From Saprolegnia diclina VS20 (taxonomy: Eukaryota): 64,000 nucleotides of DNA. Where the stretch lies: the NCBI RefSeq assembly GCF_000281045.1, contig NW_008246100.1:244408-308407 (forward strand), given 5' to 3'. Below, piece by piece: positions 20,799-31,639 of the stretch. Numbering within the stretch: position 1 is the stretch's first letter; each line of letters opens with the position of its first letter. Under the pieces are notes generated by a model, which worked only from the letters and a program-made list of their open reading frames with translations, did no database searches and was not told where the DNA came from. The translations under genes and the position numbers were made by a program.

Positions 20799-23700
20799 CT
20801 ACGGATGGGCGTGCATGTAGCGCAGGAGCTCGCGCGCGTTGGCCGTGTACGCTGCCGTCGACGCCGACGTCGAGACGGGATGCTTGACGTTCTTGACGGC
20901 CGTCGCGCCATAGGCTGGGAACGCGCTCGTCGGGGGCGACGGCAATGCCCAAGTGCCCAAGTCGGCGAGCAGCGGGAAGAGCGCATCCCCGTTGAGCGCC
21001 GCCAGTGCGAGAAAGAGGCGTCGCGCGCCCTCTTGGAGACTTGGACTGGACGACGACCGCAGCATGGGGCTTGTCACGCGCGCCACGTCCATCTCGATCG
21101 ACTCGAGCGCCGGTGACGCAGTGCACATGCGCGTCAAGCACTCGAGGCACTGGACGTGGATCTGGTGCGTTAGCGAATGGCTCGAGCTCGCCGCACTACT
21201 GGGAGCTAACGTCATGCCATCGACCACGAGCTCGTGGCGTGCCAAGACCGGAAGCGTCTCATGCGAGTCGACGAGCAAGAGAAGGCGCATGGCCGGCCAT
21301 GCCTCCGACACAAACCGGTCGGCAAGAAAGTCGCCGCAGCGCACTGCGAGGGCCGAGAGGCAGTGCAGCGCCGCGAGTACGACAGGCTTGGCGGTGCTGC
21401 CCAGGCGCTTGACCACGGCCGGCCACACGCGCGCGGCCACGGGCCGGAGGTCGTTGAGCGGCAAAAGCAGCACAGCGTGCGATAGCACCGAGCTCGCCAA
21501 GCAGCTCGTGGCCACGTCGGGGGCCGCCATAAAGTACGACGAGCGCACAATGATGTCTTTGATAAGGTCGCGCATGGCCGCGTCGCTTGCATCCGCTTCG
21601 GGCTCGTGCTCCACCGGCATCGCCGCCTTCATCTTGCGCTCGAGGACCGCCGATTCGTCGTCCGCGTTGTCCTGGAGCATGGCATCGAGCTGCGCTTCGC
21701 TCGCCGCGTCATCGGGGGCGCCCATGTTTGGATCAAACAGCGTCTTCATCTCCTTCAGGAACGCATCGAGCTTCGAGGAACGTGGCACCACGGGGGCTGC
21801 CTCCGCAAGGTGCGGCGCGGTTGTCACGATGACCTTCATGACGCGCAAGAGGCCAGCGCTGTGGCCGCTCGAGACGTAGCGGTCGACGCTGCGTAGTACG
21901 CTCTTGATGGCGTCTTGCAACAGCGGGAGCGGCGTCGACCCGGCGTGCGCCAAGAGCCCTTCGACGACGAACGGTGTGTGCGGGTACATCTCGAGCTGCT
22001 CGAGGCGGCTGCAGAGCATGTCGATGACGTAGTCCATGTTGCCATGCAGCAAGGCCGGTACGTCATCGTACGCGCAGTGGAACGCGATGCGGTCGAGCGT
22101 CGCGGTGGCCGCTTGGTGCACGACGCTGCTGTGGCCCGCCAAATGCTCGGCGATCGGGTACAGCACGTGCATGAGCAGCGGGTGAAAGGCGATGTCGAGC
22201 GCTTCGGCGCAGCTGCCGAGAATCTCCAAGAGTACGCTCGTCGTGTCCGTCGAGTCCGCGGCCGCGCCTCCGAGACGCAGGTGGTGGCGTCCAAGAGGCG
22301 TTGCATCGACCGGCAGCGTCGTCCACTGCGGCAACTGCAGTAGCTGGTCGAGCAAGTACCCGACCATATGTACCGACAACGGCGGCGTGTCGGGTGTCGG
22401 CGATAAGTCGCCAATGTGGCCCGCGCCAAGTACAAAATGGTTGAGGACCAGCAGCAGCTCGGTCGAGCGCTCCGACTAGACACATGATAAAACTATGCGA
22501 CACGCATGCCGACGCCAAGATGCCTACCTCGTTGCGGAGCTGCGCCATGAGATGGTCGATCCAGACGAGCGTCGAGCCGCGGGCGCCGATGCGCCGAAGC
22601 ACTTGGGTCGCCAAGCGAACCGCGGCGTCCGACCGAATATGCACGAACCGCTTGCGGTAGTAGGCAAAGGTGACCGTTTTGGCGCTTGGCGATCGCGAGC
22701 GACTCGCTTCGTGCGCCAGCACGTGGGCGTCGACGTGGTCGATGCGCAGAATGGTCTGCATCGCACGCAGTAGGTCGGTCAGGACCGCATCAAAGGCAAT
22801 ACGTGTGCTCTGGTCGTAGGCGAGGACGACCTGCAGCGTCGCGCACGCCTCGGCCTCCATCTCGACGTCGGTCGCGCATTTCTTTGCGAGCGCGCGCAAG
22901 TGCGAGACGACGCGTGACGTGGCGTGGCGCGTGAGCCAGAGACCTTCGTCGGCGGTCATCGTCGCATGGAAGCGGTCGAGGGCTTGCCGCGCATACGTTT
23001 GCACATCAAGGATCGGGTCGAGACTCAAACTCAAAAGGGCCTCAAACGCCGAGAAGAAACTGGGTGCGAGCGACCAGCGGCAGTCGCACACCACGACGCT
23101 GCAGAGGGTGACGAGAGAGAGGCGCACGCGCGGCTTGGCGTGGTGTCGCTGCGAGCGGCAAATGAGGTCGAGTGCGATCGCCAGGTTGGCTTGTGTCGTC
23201 TCGAGCCAGGCGCGGGACCGGTCGATTTCGGGCTTGGACGAGTTGGGGCGGAGCAGAGGCGTTGGCGGACTCGTGGCAAATGGGGTCAGAGCCGCCTCCA
23301 AGGTGAACTCGGGCTTGGACACGAGATGGGGCCACCGGCTGTCACGCAAGCCGAGGAAGACGACCTCGCTGAGGCACTCGAGCGCCTTCGCTGGGACTTT
23401 GGAGCCCCATTTGTAGTCGGCGTGGTGGGTGAGCTGGAGCATCTTGGCGACGACACCGGGAAGGAGCAGCGCCACAACGTCCACGTTATCGATGGACCGA
23501 AGGAGCGCGATGAGCGCCTCGAGTGCTTGGACGCGGGAGGCGCGCGCGACTTCCTTCTCGGCTTGCTGCAGCAAGTACGCTACCTAGCAGCAGCTACTGT
23601 CCATGGGCTCTGCATCGAGTCGGCTGTACCGTTAGAAAAGCCACCTCGATCATCTCGTCGGTCGGAGGCGTAAAGAAGGTTGCCGGTGCGGTGCGCGTAG

Positions 23701-24218
23701 CAAGGAGGCCAATGCATTGCACGATGCAGTTGCGTCCGTCTTCAGTAAGAGCGCTGGATGTACTGGAGCTATCTAATGGCGGCAAGTAGACGAGCAACCT
23801 AGCATGCGCAGGATGCCAACAGGTTGATAGAGCGAGGGCGACGGACGTACGTCTTGATCATCGTGACAAAGAGGTCCGGCGTCGTCTCGAGCGGCCCGAG
23901 CTTGCAGCGTGTAAAGAGCTTGTAGAGCGCACTGAGTCCGCACTCGATCGTTGGCGGCGACACCGACCGGCCCTGCAGCATGGTATGGACGACGGCGACG
24001 GCGTAGCTCGTCCAGAGGTACTCGGTGGGCATGGCCGGCAGGCGCTCGAGCGCGGCCTCGAGCGCGGCCAGCTTCGACGCGCTGGCGTCCTGGGCGACGA
24101 GCATGATGAGCGCCATGACCTCGCGCTCGACCGGGCCCATGCGCGCGTCCATCGTCAAGATTTGCCGCGTCTGGAATACTGCGGCATCTGCCGAATTTAA
24201 CAGATCCACTGTATCCAA
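20799..24218 (-). CDS. TTI1: TELO2-interacting protein 1 (TTT complex, HEAT repeats), multi-exon; start uncertain (24218 or 24152)
   Basis: ALLLPGVVAKM, LHGNMDYVIDML, LRPVAARVWPAVVKRL and CGDFLADRF resemble conserved TTI1 segments. Confidence 0.8.
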
Positions 24219-24272
24219 ACATACAGGACCTCAGGCACCGAATACTCGCCAAGATCGCGACTGTCGAGGTGC

Positions 24273-26119
24273 ATGCTGCTCACGGCCGAGGACTTGCTGG
24301 CGATGGCGGCCAAGGTCGGACCGCCAACGCTGGGCGCCCACATGCAGCGAGTCCGCGCCACAGACGCGCAGGGTACGTTGCATCCCGAGCTGAAGCGGCT
24401 CAACGACGCGATGGAAGCCGAAGCGACGCGCTACGCATTGGCGATGCAGCCGTATGACCAGCAGCGCTGCGATCACGCCAGCCTCAGTGGCTGCTTGACA
24501 CCGCTGCGGTCACCGCTCCAGCGTCGTCGGGGCTCCCTCGTGCTCGACATGGGTACGCGCCTCTTTCCGTGCATCCGTCATGACCCAACGAAGGGTCCCT
24601 CGTCGAGTCCAAGTCGGCTGCGTCGTCGCCAAAAGCCAAGCCGCCGGTGCAAAGCCCGCACGAGAGCCCTAGCTACCAGTCGCTCTTCCTCGCTGCGGCG
24701 CTGCAGCTCCTGGACGAGAAGGACAAGCCGCGCACGTCGCTGCCACCGTCCTTGGACGCCCACCACCCCAAGCTTCCGCCCGACACGCTCCTCGCCGGGT
24801 ACCTCAAGAAGGCCAAAGACAACTCGCTCCGAACCAGCACGAAAAAGTACGCGGTCTTGACCCGGGGTGTCTTGCGCTACTACGCCGACATGGCAGCGGC
24901 GACGTACACCGAGATCATCCTCGTGCCCCGGCGCTTCCTCTGTCGTGAAAACCTCTCGCAGCGCTTCCAGCACAAGTACGCGTTCGAACTGCTCGCCACC
25001 GGGAGCGCGGCCGAGAAGCGCCAGACGAAGCTCGTCTTCATGGCCAAGTCGGAGACCGAGCGCCGCCTCTGGGTGCACGCGATCCGGGCCGTCGTGAACG
25101 CGTCGCCCGTCTCGCCCCGCGCCATCGACGGCGACTGCTACGCGTTCATTTTGCTCCAGCGCCAGATCCAGGACGCAAGGCGCAAGGACGCGTACGTGCA
25201 CGCGCTCCGGAGCGCCACGCACCACGAGCTCTGCGTGCCCGTCGAGTGGGTGCACAGCCAGCTGCAGCAAACGCGGCAACATCTCGGCGAGAGCGGCATG
25301 GACCAAGTGTTCAAGGACCTCGGGCGCGACCGCGTGAGCATCAACGGCCGCGTCTACAGCGGCGCCGACGGAACCGAGAGCGTCGTGGGTGCGTTGGCGC
25401 AGGCCTTTATGGACGTGTGCGACGACCTCACGGAAGCGCTTGCGCTTGATGTGGTGCGTAGCGTCCTGCTGTCGTGCAACCGGACGCAGTCGGGCGGCGA
25501 CACGTACGAGACGGTCGACTACCTCTACCACAATGCGAGCTTGGTACGCTGCCTCCTGCTACAGTGCTTTGATGAGGATCCTTCAGGTCGTGTTGTGCCC
25601 CAGTGCACGCGAGGCAGCACCGCTCGAGATCAAGGTGGTCTTGCGCGATACATGCCCCGAGCTCGCGGCTAGCTTGGCGTCCGACGACCTGGGCTACGTT
25701 CCCCGGCAACAGTATACGACCAACCTGTCATAGTTGCGTGCGATGGAGCTTATGTGACGTTTAGCTCGCTCGTGCTACCCACCAAGGTCGAGCAGCATCG
25801 CCCGTCAATGGCGTCGGCCATCTCGTTTGGCGACGACCTCGACAGTTCGTTCTTGCCGGCAAAAGCACTCAACCTCTTTGCCCGCGAAAAAGAGTCGGTC
25901 GAGCTGGTCTCGTTCGCGGGCGAGAAGATGCATGTGGCGATCGTTGCCGCCACGTCGTACAAGATCTGCGATGCCAACCCGCAGGGCGATGCGAGCCTCG
26001 ATACCTGGGCGATCGTCGATGCGGTCTTTGAGCAGTCGTTCGTGTACGCGCCAACGTACGGTGTCCTCGAAGGCAAGGGCACGGTCCGCGTCGCCACGCG
26101 CAGCGTCTGCGCCACGTAG
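24273..26119 (+). CDS. PH-domain-containing protein, multi-exon
   Basis: LAGYLKKA...KKYAVLTRGVLRYY...YAFEL...VFMAKSETERRLWVHAI is a PH-domain pattern; downstream exons joined by short introns. Confidence 0.75.
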
Positions 26120-26179
26120 AGCGATACAACATCGTCGTCGTTCCCGAAAGACATATATATAGAGAGCGCACAAGCCGTC

Positions 26180-26643
26180 TTACTCTTCCTTCTTTTGGAT
26201 GATGAGCGGGCCGACGTTGTCGCCTGTCTCCTTGTTGTGCTTGGCGTGGGCGCCATCGCAGAACGGAAACTAGGCCACCAAAGAGATGAGCCACGATATG
26301 ATGCTAGCATCGATGTGCATACCTTCTTGGACTTCCAGCAGCGGCAGAGCACGCACTTGAGCGAGCCCTTCTGGAACATGTCTTCAATGTCGCACGTGTC
26401 GACGACCTTGTCCTTCTCGAGTGAGATCGACTTGTTGATGCGGGCTGGCGCCGCCTTCTTGCTGCCGCTGCCAAGCCCGGCAAAGATCGAGTAGAGGAGC
26501 ACGGCGACTGTCACGAGGAAGGGCGCGAGGATCATCAACTCCTCCGTCGTGAGCTTGGCAAAGCCGGCGACGTTGCTCGGGATCGGCAGCGACTTGAGGT
26601 ACTTGGGCAGGCGGATCTTGAGCGCGTGGCGGACCGCTTCCAT
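26180..26643 (-). CDS. CISD2: CDGSH iron-sulfur (NEET) protein, CISD1/CISD2 type; intron 26270-26322
   Basis: LPKYLKSLPIP, one TM helix, RINKSI...KVVD, spliced CRCWKSKK|FPFCDGAHAKHNKETGDNVGPLII. Confidence 0.9.
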
Positions 26644-27172
26644 ATTTTCTGAAATTCGAAGCCGGGGAAATTCACTACTGATGCCACCACACGTTCTGCA
26701 TTGACGACCGGATACACCATCCGGCGACCCGGTGACGTGGCATAGCCACGCGCCTCTTGCCGTTGCCATCAACCGCAAAAAGCTTCGGAAGCGAGGTGGA
26801 TCGACTGGACGCAACGAGGTGCATGACCGGGCGTGTCATGCCAATACGAGTCAAGAGCTTGGGTATCCGATGCTACTGCTCACCGGGCGGAAGAGCGCAA
26901 ATGGAGCCGGGCACGTCTTGCTCATCGTTAGTCGCCTGGCGACGCCGAGTGAAGCCTTGACGGCGCTTCGAAAGGTCCCTCGCATTCGACAGGCACTGCG
27001 TGGTCACACAACGTGGCGTCAAATAACGAGCGCAGTGGTCGGTCGAAGAGGTCGTTGGCAAGGCGTCGCGAGAGGCAGCGCTTGCTCTGGCCAAGAGTGT
27101 CCTGGGCCAATAATCCTCGAATTTGTAAGGGCAAAGATCGCGGCGCTTCGGTACCAATCAGCGCAGTCTTGG

Positions 27173-29536
27173 ATGCGAGAAGATCCGTTCGCTGACGCCT
27201 TTGAGCGCGCGGCGGTCAGCGACCCCAATGCACTGGTGACGCCGCACGAGCGGTATATCTCGTACAAATTCCACGCGCTCGAGTCGACTGTGGCGCTAGA
27301 TCGACCTTCTTGACGGACCTCCATGCCCGCGGGCTGCTTCCAGACGCCTACTTGCACAAGATCCAAGCACTCTGGGTATTGCGCTGCCGCAACGAGTTGT
27401 CATGTGCGCGCTGCATTAGGACAAGGAGAGAGTCAGCGTAGCTTTTGAACACTTTCAAGCGCTCTTGGCGCGCGCGCTTGGCGACGCTAGCGCCGACGAG
27501 GCGGCCGCAGCCATTACGACCGAGATCTCGAACAAGGTATCCCGACGCTGCAAATGAGCGAGATGCGATGCTTCTGTTGACCTAGCTCGCTTTTCTCTGT
27601 CACCTCGTGCAGTCGTGGGACACGGCGTCGTTTGGTGAGCCCGAAAAAGCAGCGCTGGTGGCCTACACGACCAAGCTAGCAACTGAGCATGCTGCCGCGG
27701 TGGCTCTACTCTAGCTACGAGCTTTCGCATAAACCAGCATGTAGGAAGACAAGGTAGAGCGCTTGGTAGCCACAATGGCTGCGGAACTCGGTGCGCACCA
27801 GCACAAGGCGCTGGTGCATTGCCCCATCGAGGCGCATCCGCAGTATGGAACGACCCCTCGGTTCCACGAAACAAAGCACCCGACTACGTACCAAGCGGCG
27901 CACTCGACGCAGCTTGAAAAGATTGCACGAAGTCGCGACTTTCACAGTCTCCGGATGCACGCTCAGAGCGAGTCGGTGGCCAACACCTTTGGTGTTCTCG
28001 ACGTACGGCACCGTGACTGTAGCGTGTTGTCATGGCGCAGTGCGTAGGAGCGCTGGGCGACCAGGCTGCAGCTGTACCTTCAGAGCTACGAGCGCTCAAC
28101 GAGCAGCGGCCGGACCAGCGGCCGTCTCGAGGTTGTGGCGGTTCCAACCACGGCGTACCAAACAGCAAAATTCACGGACGAGGGGCAAATGCTTGCATGT
28201 GTAGCGTCCTTCTCGAGAGCGTTGCGCGCCTGGATCGACTCGCCGCCGTACACTACGAGGTAGACCACTTGCGCTGGTACATCGAGCTCAACGCGATGCG
28301 CAGATGGGCCGCAGCCGGTTCTTCCGAAGCTTTTACGGAACCGACATGGACACTTCTGCACACTTTACATTCTACTACTTTGAGTACGTCCAGGTACACG
28401 CAGACAGAGACAAGACGTTAGTTGGTCAATCGTGTCATCGCTCGACTAGGTCGTTTCGCTCTCGAGCTTGCTCTTGCGGCACGGGTGCCTCGCGCTCACT
28501 TCCCACTTGTTCAAGTGCTACATGCGATACATAACACCGTAGCTCGATGAACGTAAACTAGGTACCTTGGCCACACGCTGTTGTACGCCTGCGTCGACCT
28601 CGTCGAGCAATGCAACCATCGACTCGAGACGGATGTACGATGGGCGTTGCGGACACGTCGTATAGTATATTGTAGCGTATGACGTGGCATCATGTGCTGC
28701 TTGCACCCGACGACCTGCGGCTGTATTGGGCGACGCTGCCGCTAGGCGACGCCCTCGACCCGTGTGCGCGGTAATTCCATCATCGAGCAAAACGTCTTCT
28801 ATGCGGGGCGCCATAGCGACCCACGCGCCCGGCAAGACGACGATCGAGAAGTCGGTCTATTAGCCTTTTTTGCTGCGTGCGTACGACAGCTGCTTTTGCC
28901 TACGACGATACCGCGCCCGTCCAGTGGTCGTGTGCGAACCACAGCAATAAGAGCTTATGTGACCCAATAGCAACGTCTCAGCGGCGTTTGTTCGAGTTTC
29001 CTCGGCTGCTCCATGCCAACGACGTTGTCCGGACGCCGTCGGGGCACCCGATCGTTACGGTCGGTGTCGCTGACTCCTTTGAACTCTGCTTCTGCACCGA
29101 CGACGACGACGAGCGCTGGGCGTGCTATGCATTCGAGACCGTCGGCGGTTCCTCGCCTCTTCTTGCACCACTCGAGGTACTTGCGGACTATTTCTCGCTC
29201 AGCTGGCAACAAACGCAGGACACGAACGCCCGCAACACGTTTGCGTACTGCGCAACGACGGCCGGCGACATGCTCTTGGCGTTTGAGACTCTCGGTCGCA
29301 ACGAGCGACGGACGATGACCGTCCACATCCGCGTACATGCAGAGCGTCTTGACTCTGTCGTCGAGGTACGTCGGACGTCGTCTCGGAGAAAGATGCGAAT
29401 GGGCGCGTAGGAAATCATTGCGGCCTGCACCACATCGCCGCCGACTCTGTCGTTGCAGCAGCTACTCTTGCACCCTCTCTTTACTGGCTGGGATGACGAG
29501 CAAGTGATGCTCGACTACGACGCACAGTTTCGCTGA
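27173..29536 (+). CDS. Hypothetical multi-exon protein
   Basis: Chain of coding-like exons with GT-AG introns from MREDPFADAF to LSLQQLLLHPLFTGWDDEQVMLDYDAQFR*. Exon structure only partly resolved. Confidence 0.5.
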
Positions 29537-29742
29537 GCATCGTACGAGACATAGGACAATGCATCCAATTGCTTAAGGTTACACGTCCCGCGGCAAGGCA
29601 GCAGCGCTCGGTTCCTGTCGCATCTCGGCTGAGCACCGGTGTTCGTGGTCTGAACTTTCCCAGTGCAGCGTCATTCGCAGACAAAACTCGGAGCGCGCTA
29701 CTCGGGTGGCAACTCGCATCGGCTATATAATGGTTTGGCGAT

Positions 29743-29821
29743 GGACGATGGCAGCCAGCATCTCGAGGCGACCACACCAAAAGAGGTTGCGTGGCCGCCT
29801 GTCATTCGCGTAGCTTCGTCC
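29743..29821 (-). promoter_or_regulatory. SECIS element (type II) in the 3' UTR of the selenoprotein gene
   Basis: Minus strand GGACGA-AGCUA-CGCGA-AUGA-C-AGGCGGCCACGC-AA-CC-UCUUUU-GG-UGUGGUCGCCU-C-GA-GAUGC-UGGCU-GCCA-UCGUCC: helix I, AUGA/GA core, 11-12 bp helix II, unpaired AA, apical ministem. Confidence 0.88.
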
Positions 29822-29879
29822 GCGGCGCCAGGTGTTGATCGACATCAACGTTGGGGCGGTGGTGCCCCGGTTACACTTG

Positions 29880-30639
29880 TCACGCGCCGCACTCTTCTTC
29901 TTCAAAGGGCGCGGCGACTGGTGCGGGAGGCGGAATGCTTGGGACGTCGGCGGGGTCGTATGACGCTTGGTATGCGCCGTAGTGCTTGCTTATATACGCG
30001 AAAAGCGTCACGTCGACGCTGGCATTCCACATGGAGGCCGTCGACATTTGAAAGAGCCCGATCCACGAGATAAAGTTGATGAACTTGGTCTACGCAAGAG
30101 CTATGACAGGTGTGCACATCATCATCGCCCATACCATGGGTGTGTACGCGTTGTAGTAGCGCAGACTCTGAAGCACTTGCAGCACCGGCTGCGAGAGCAC
30201 GAGCGGAAAGGCAAAGACGCACATAAGGAACGGCCCGTACCCGCGGCGCTTGGCGGCACCAATGTACAGCGTGCGCGCCGTGTAGCCCACGAGGAGCATG
30301 GTGATGATGACAGCCAACTTTTTGGAGAGGAGGAGCGTGCTGGACGATGCCGTCGTGCCAGCACACGCAGTAAGAAAGTTGGTCGCCACCACCGGCCACG
30401 ATCAGCAGCCCACGAACGACGGAATGTAGAGCTGTGCGTCGACATGAGTTGTGGCGACCGCGCCAGAAAGGACGTACCAGCGCTGTGACGAACGACGAGT
30501 ACGCCGAGCGCAGCGTGCTTGTGACGCCGTTGTCCATGGCGAAGGCCGGCTTGGCGTTGTCGTACGGCAGCAGCGCGTCGCCGTCGTCATCCTCGAGGCC
30601 GCTGTGGGCGCCTCGGTGGTAGACCGTCGACTCGGCCAT
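29880..30639 (-). CDS. MSP: Membrane selenoprotein (MSP-like), 222 aa; exons 30639-30478, 30431-30135, 30089-29880; Sec codon at 30402-30404 (U64)
   Basis: Both introns are phase 0 GT-AG (46 and 45 nt). Exon 2 reads LYIPSFVGC-TGA-SWPVVATNFL in frame. Several hydrophobic segments follow, and a SECIS lies downstream. Confidence 0.85.
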
Positions 30640-30895
30640 CGTGGCAAAATTGGTCACTGCCGCGTTGCAAACTGGTCGAGGTACCTCTATAAATGAATAT
30701 CCTATCAGTTTCTGCGTCGGCACTCTAACGTGGTGGCGTGTCACTGCGACCGCCGCGCGCTCGTGCTCGCAGTCGATTGGCTCATGGTATCTGTATCTTG
30801 GTTCTTATTGGTCCGCCTCTCCCTGACTTGTCATCCAATCTGGGACAACTGGTGATGCGACCTGAACGATATTTGATTTTGTCAGATCTGAGCGA

Positions 30896-31306
30896 TCACC
30901 GGCAGCAAAAGCTGACGTGCGCTGGCACCGGGAGCCGTCCAAGCGACCCAAGCGCATAGACCGGCGTTGCGCGGAGCACCCGCATGGGCTTGGGCAACGG
31001 CGGCGGGGTCGCGGCAAGGCCCTTCGGCTGCGGCAGCATGTCGAAGAGCGTCTTCATGCGGCGCTGCGTGAGGGGTGGAAGCCGGCGGGTCGTGAGCCCG
31101 GCGTACACGGCGTCTTGCTTGCGAAACTTGGCCCGTGCGAGCTGTTGTACCTCGGGCGCGTAGGCGGAGAGGCGCTGGAGATCGTTCAGGAGGCGCCAGC
31201 GCGCGTGGCGGTCGCGCGACTGCTGCCGGCGCAGGTCGACGTCGGCGTCCTGGATGTGGGCCCGCATCGCGACAAACTTGGCAACGAGGGGCGAGTGCGT
31301 CGTCAT
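30896..31306 (-). CDS. Hypothetical small basic protein (about 136 aa)
   Basis: Open frame from MTTHSPLVAKF with coding-like codon usage; no recognised motif. Confidence 0.45.
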   Translation of the reverse strand: MTTHSPLVAKFVAMRAHIQDADVDLRRQQSRDRHARWRLLNDLQRLSAYAPEVQQLARAKFRKQDAVYAGLTTRRLPPLTQRRMKTLFDMLPQPKGLAATPPPLPKPMRVLRATPVYALGSLGRLPVPAHVSFCCR

Positions 31307-31639
31307 GGCTTCCCCTTCTGCTGTCCTTGAAAGAAAAGCGCAAATGCAAGAGGCGACCAAGAACAAGGTCAACAAAGGCTGGCTACTCGCCATCCCCAAT
31401 GTCGAGCGCAATTGGCCTATCCAGTACAAATCATCGGCGTCGAACCCTCGACGTCGATCCATTGGCGGGCTTTTCTGTACTATGTAAGGCAGTCGACACC
31501 CTGTCGCTACACATGCCAGCTGCGTGCCCATCGTGCTTGGTCGCACGACAACAGTCTGAAGGGCACGCGATGCGCAAGCGTGTTCATTGGCGTCTTAGCG
31601 TCTTAGCGTCTTGGTCGTCCCACTGCATTGGCCGAGACT

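Noticed and set aside
29663..30073. Plus-strand ORF overlapping the SECIS antisense
   Set aside because: The upstream plus-strand gene has a plausible last exon ending at 29536; this ORF has no motif and lies opposite the MSP exon and UTR.
13191..30639. Functional redox/Fe-S cluster (GLRX3, CISD, MSP) or trafficking cluster (VPS36, VPS50, AKTIP, Rab8)
   Set aside because: Genes are interspersed with unrelated housekeeping genes; co-location in a dense eukaryotic genome is not evidence without synteny or co-expression data.
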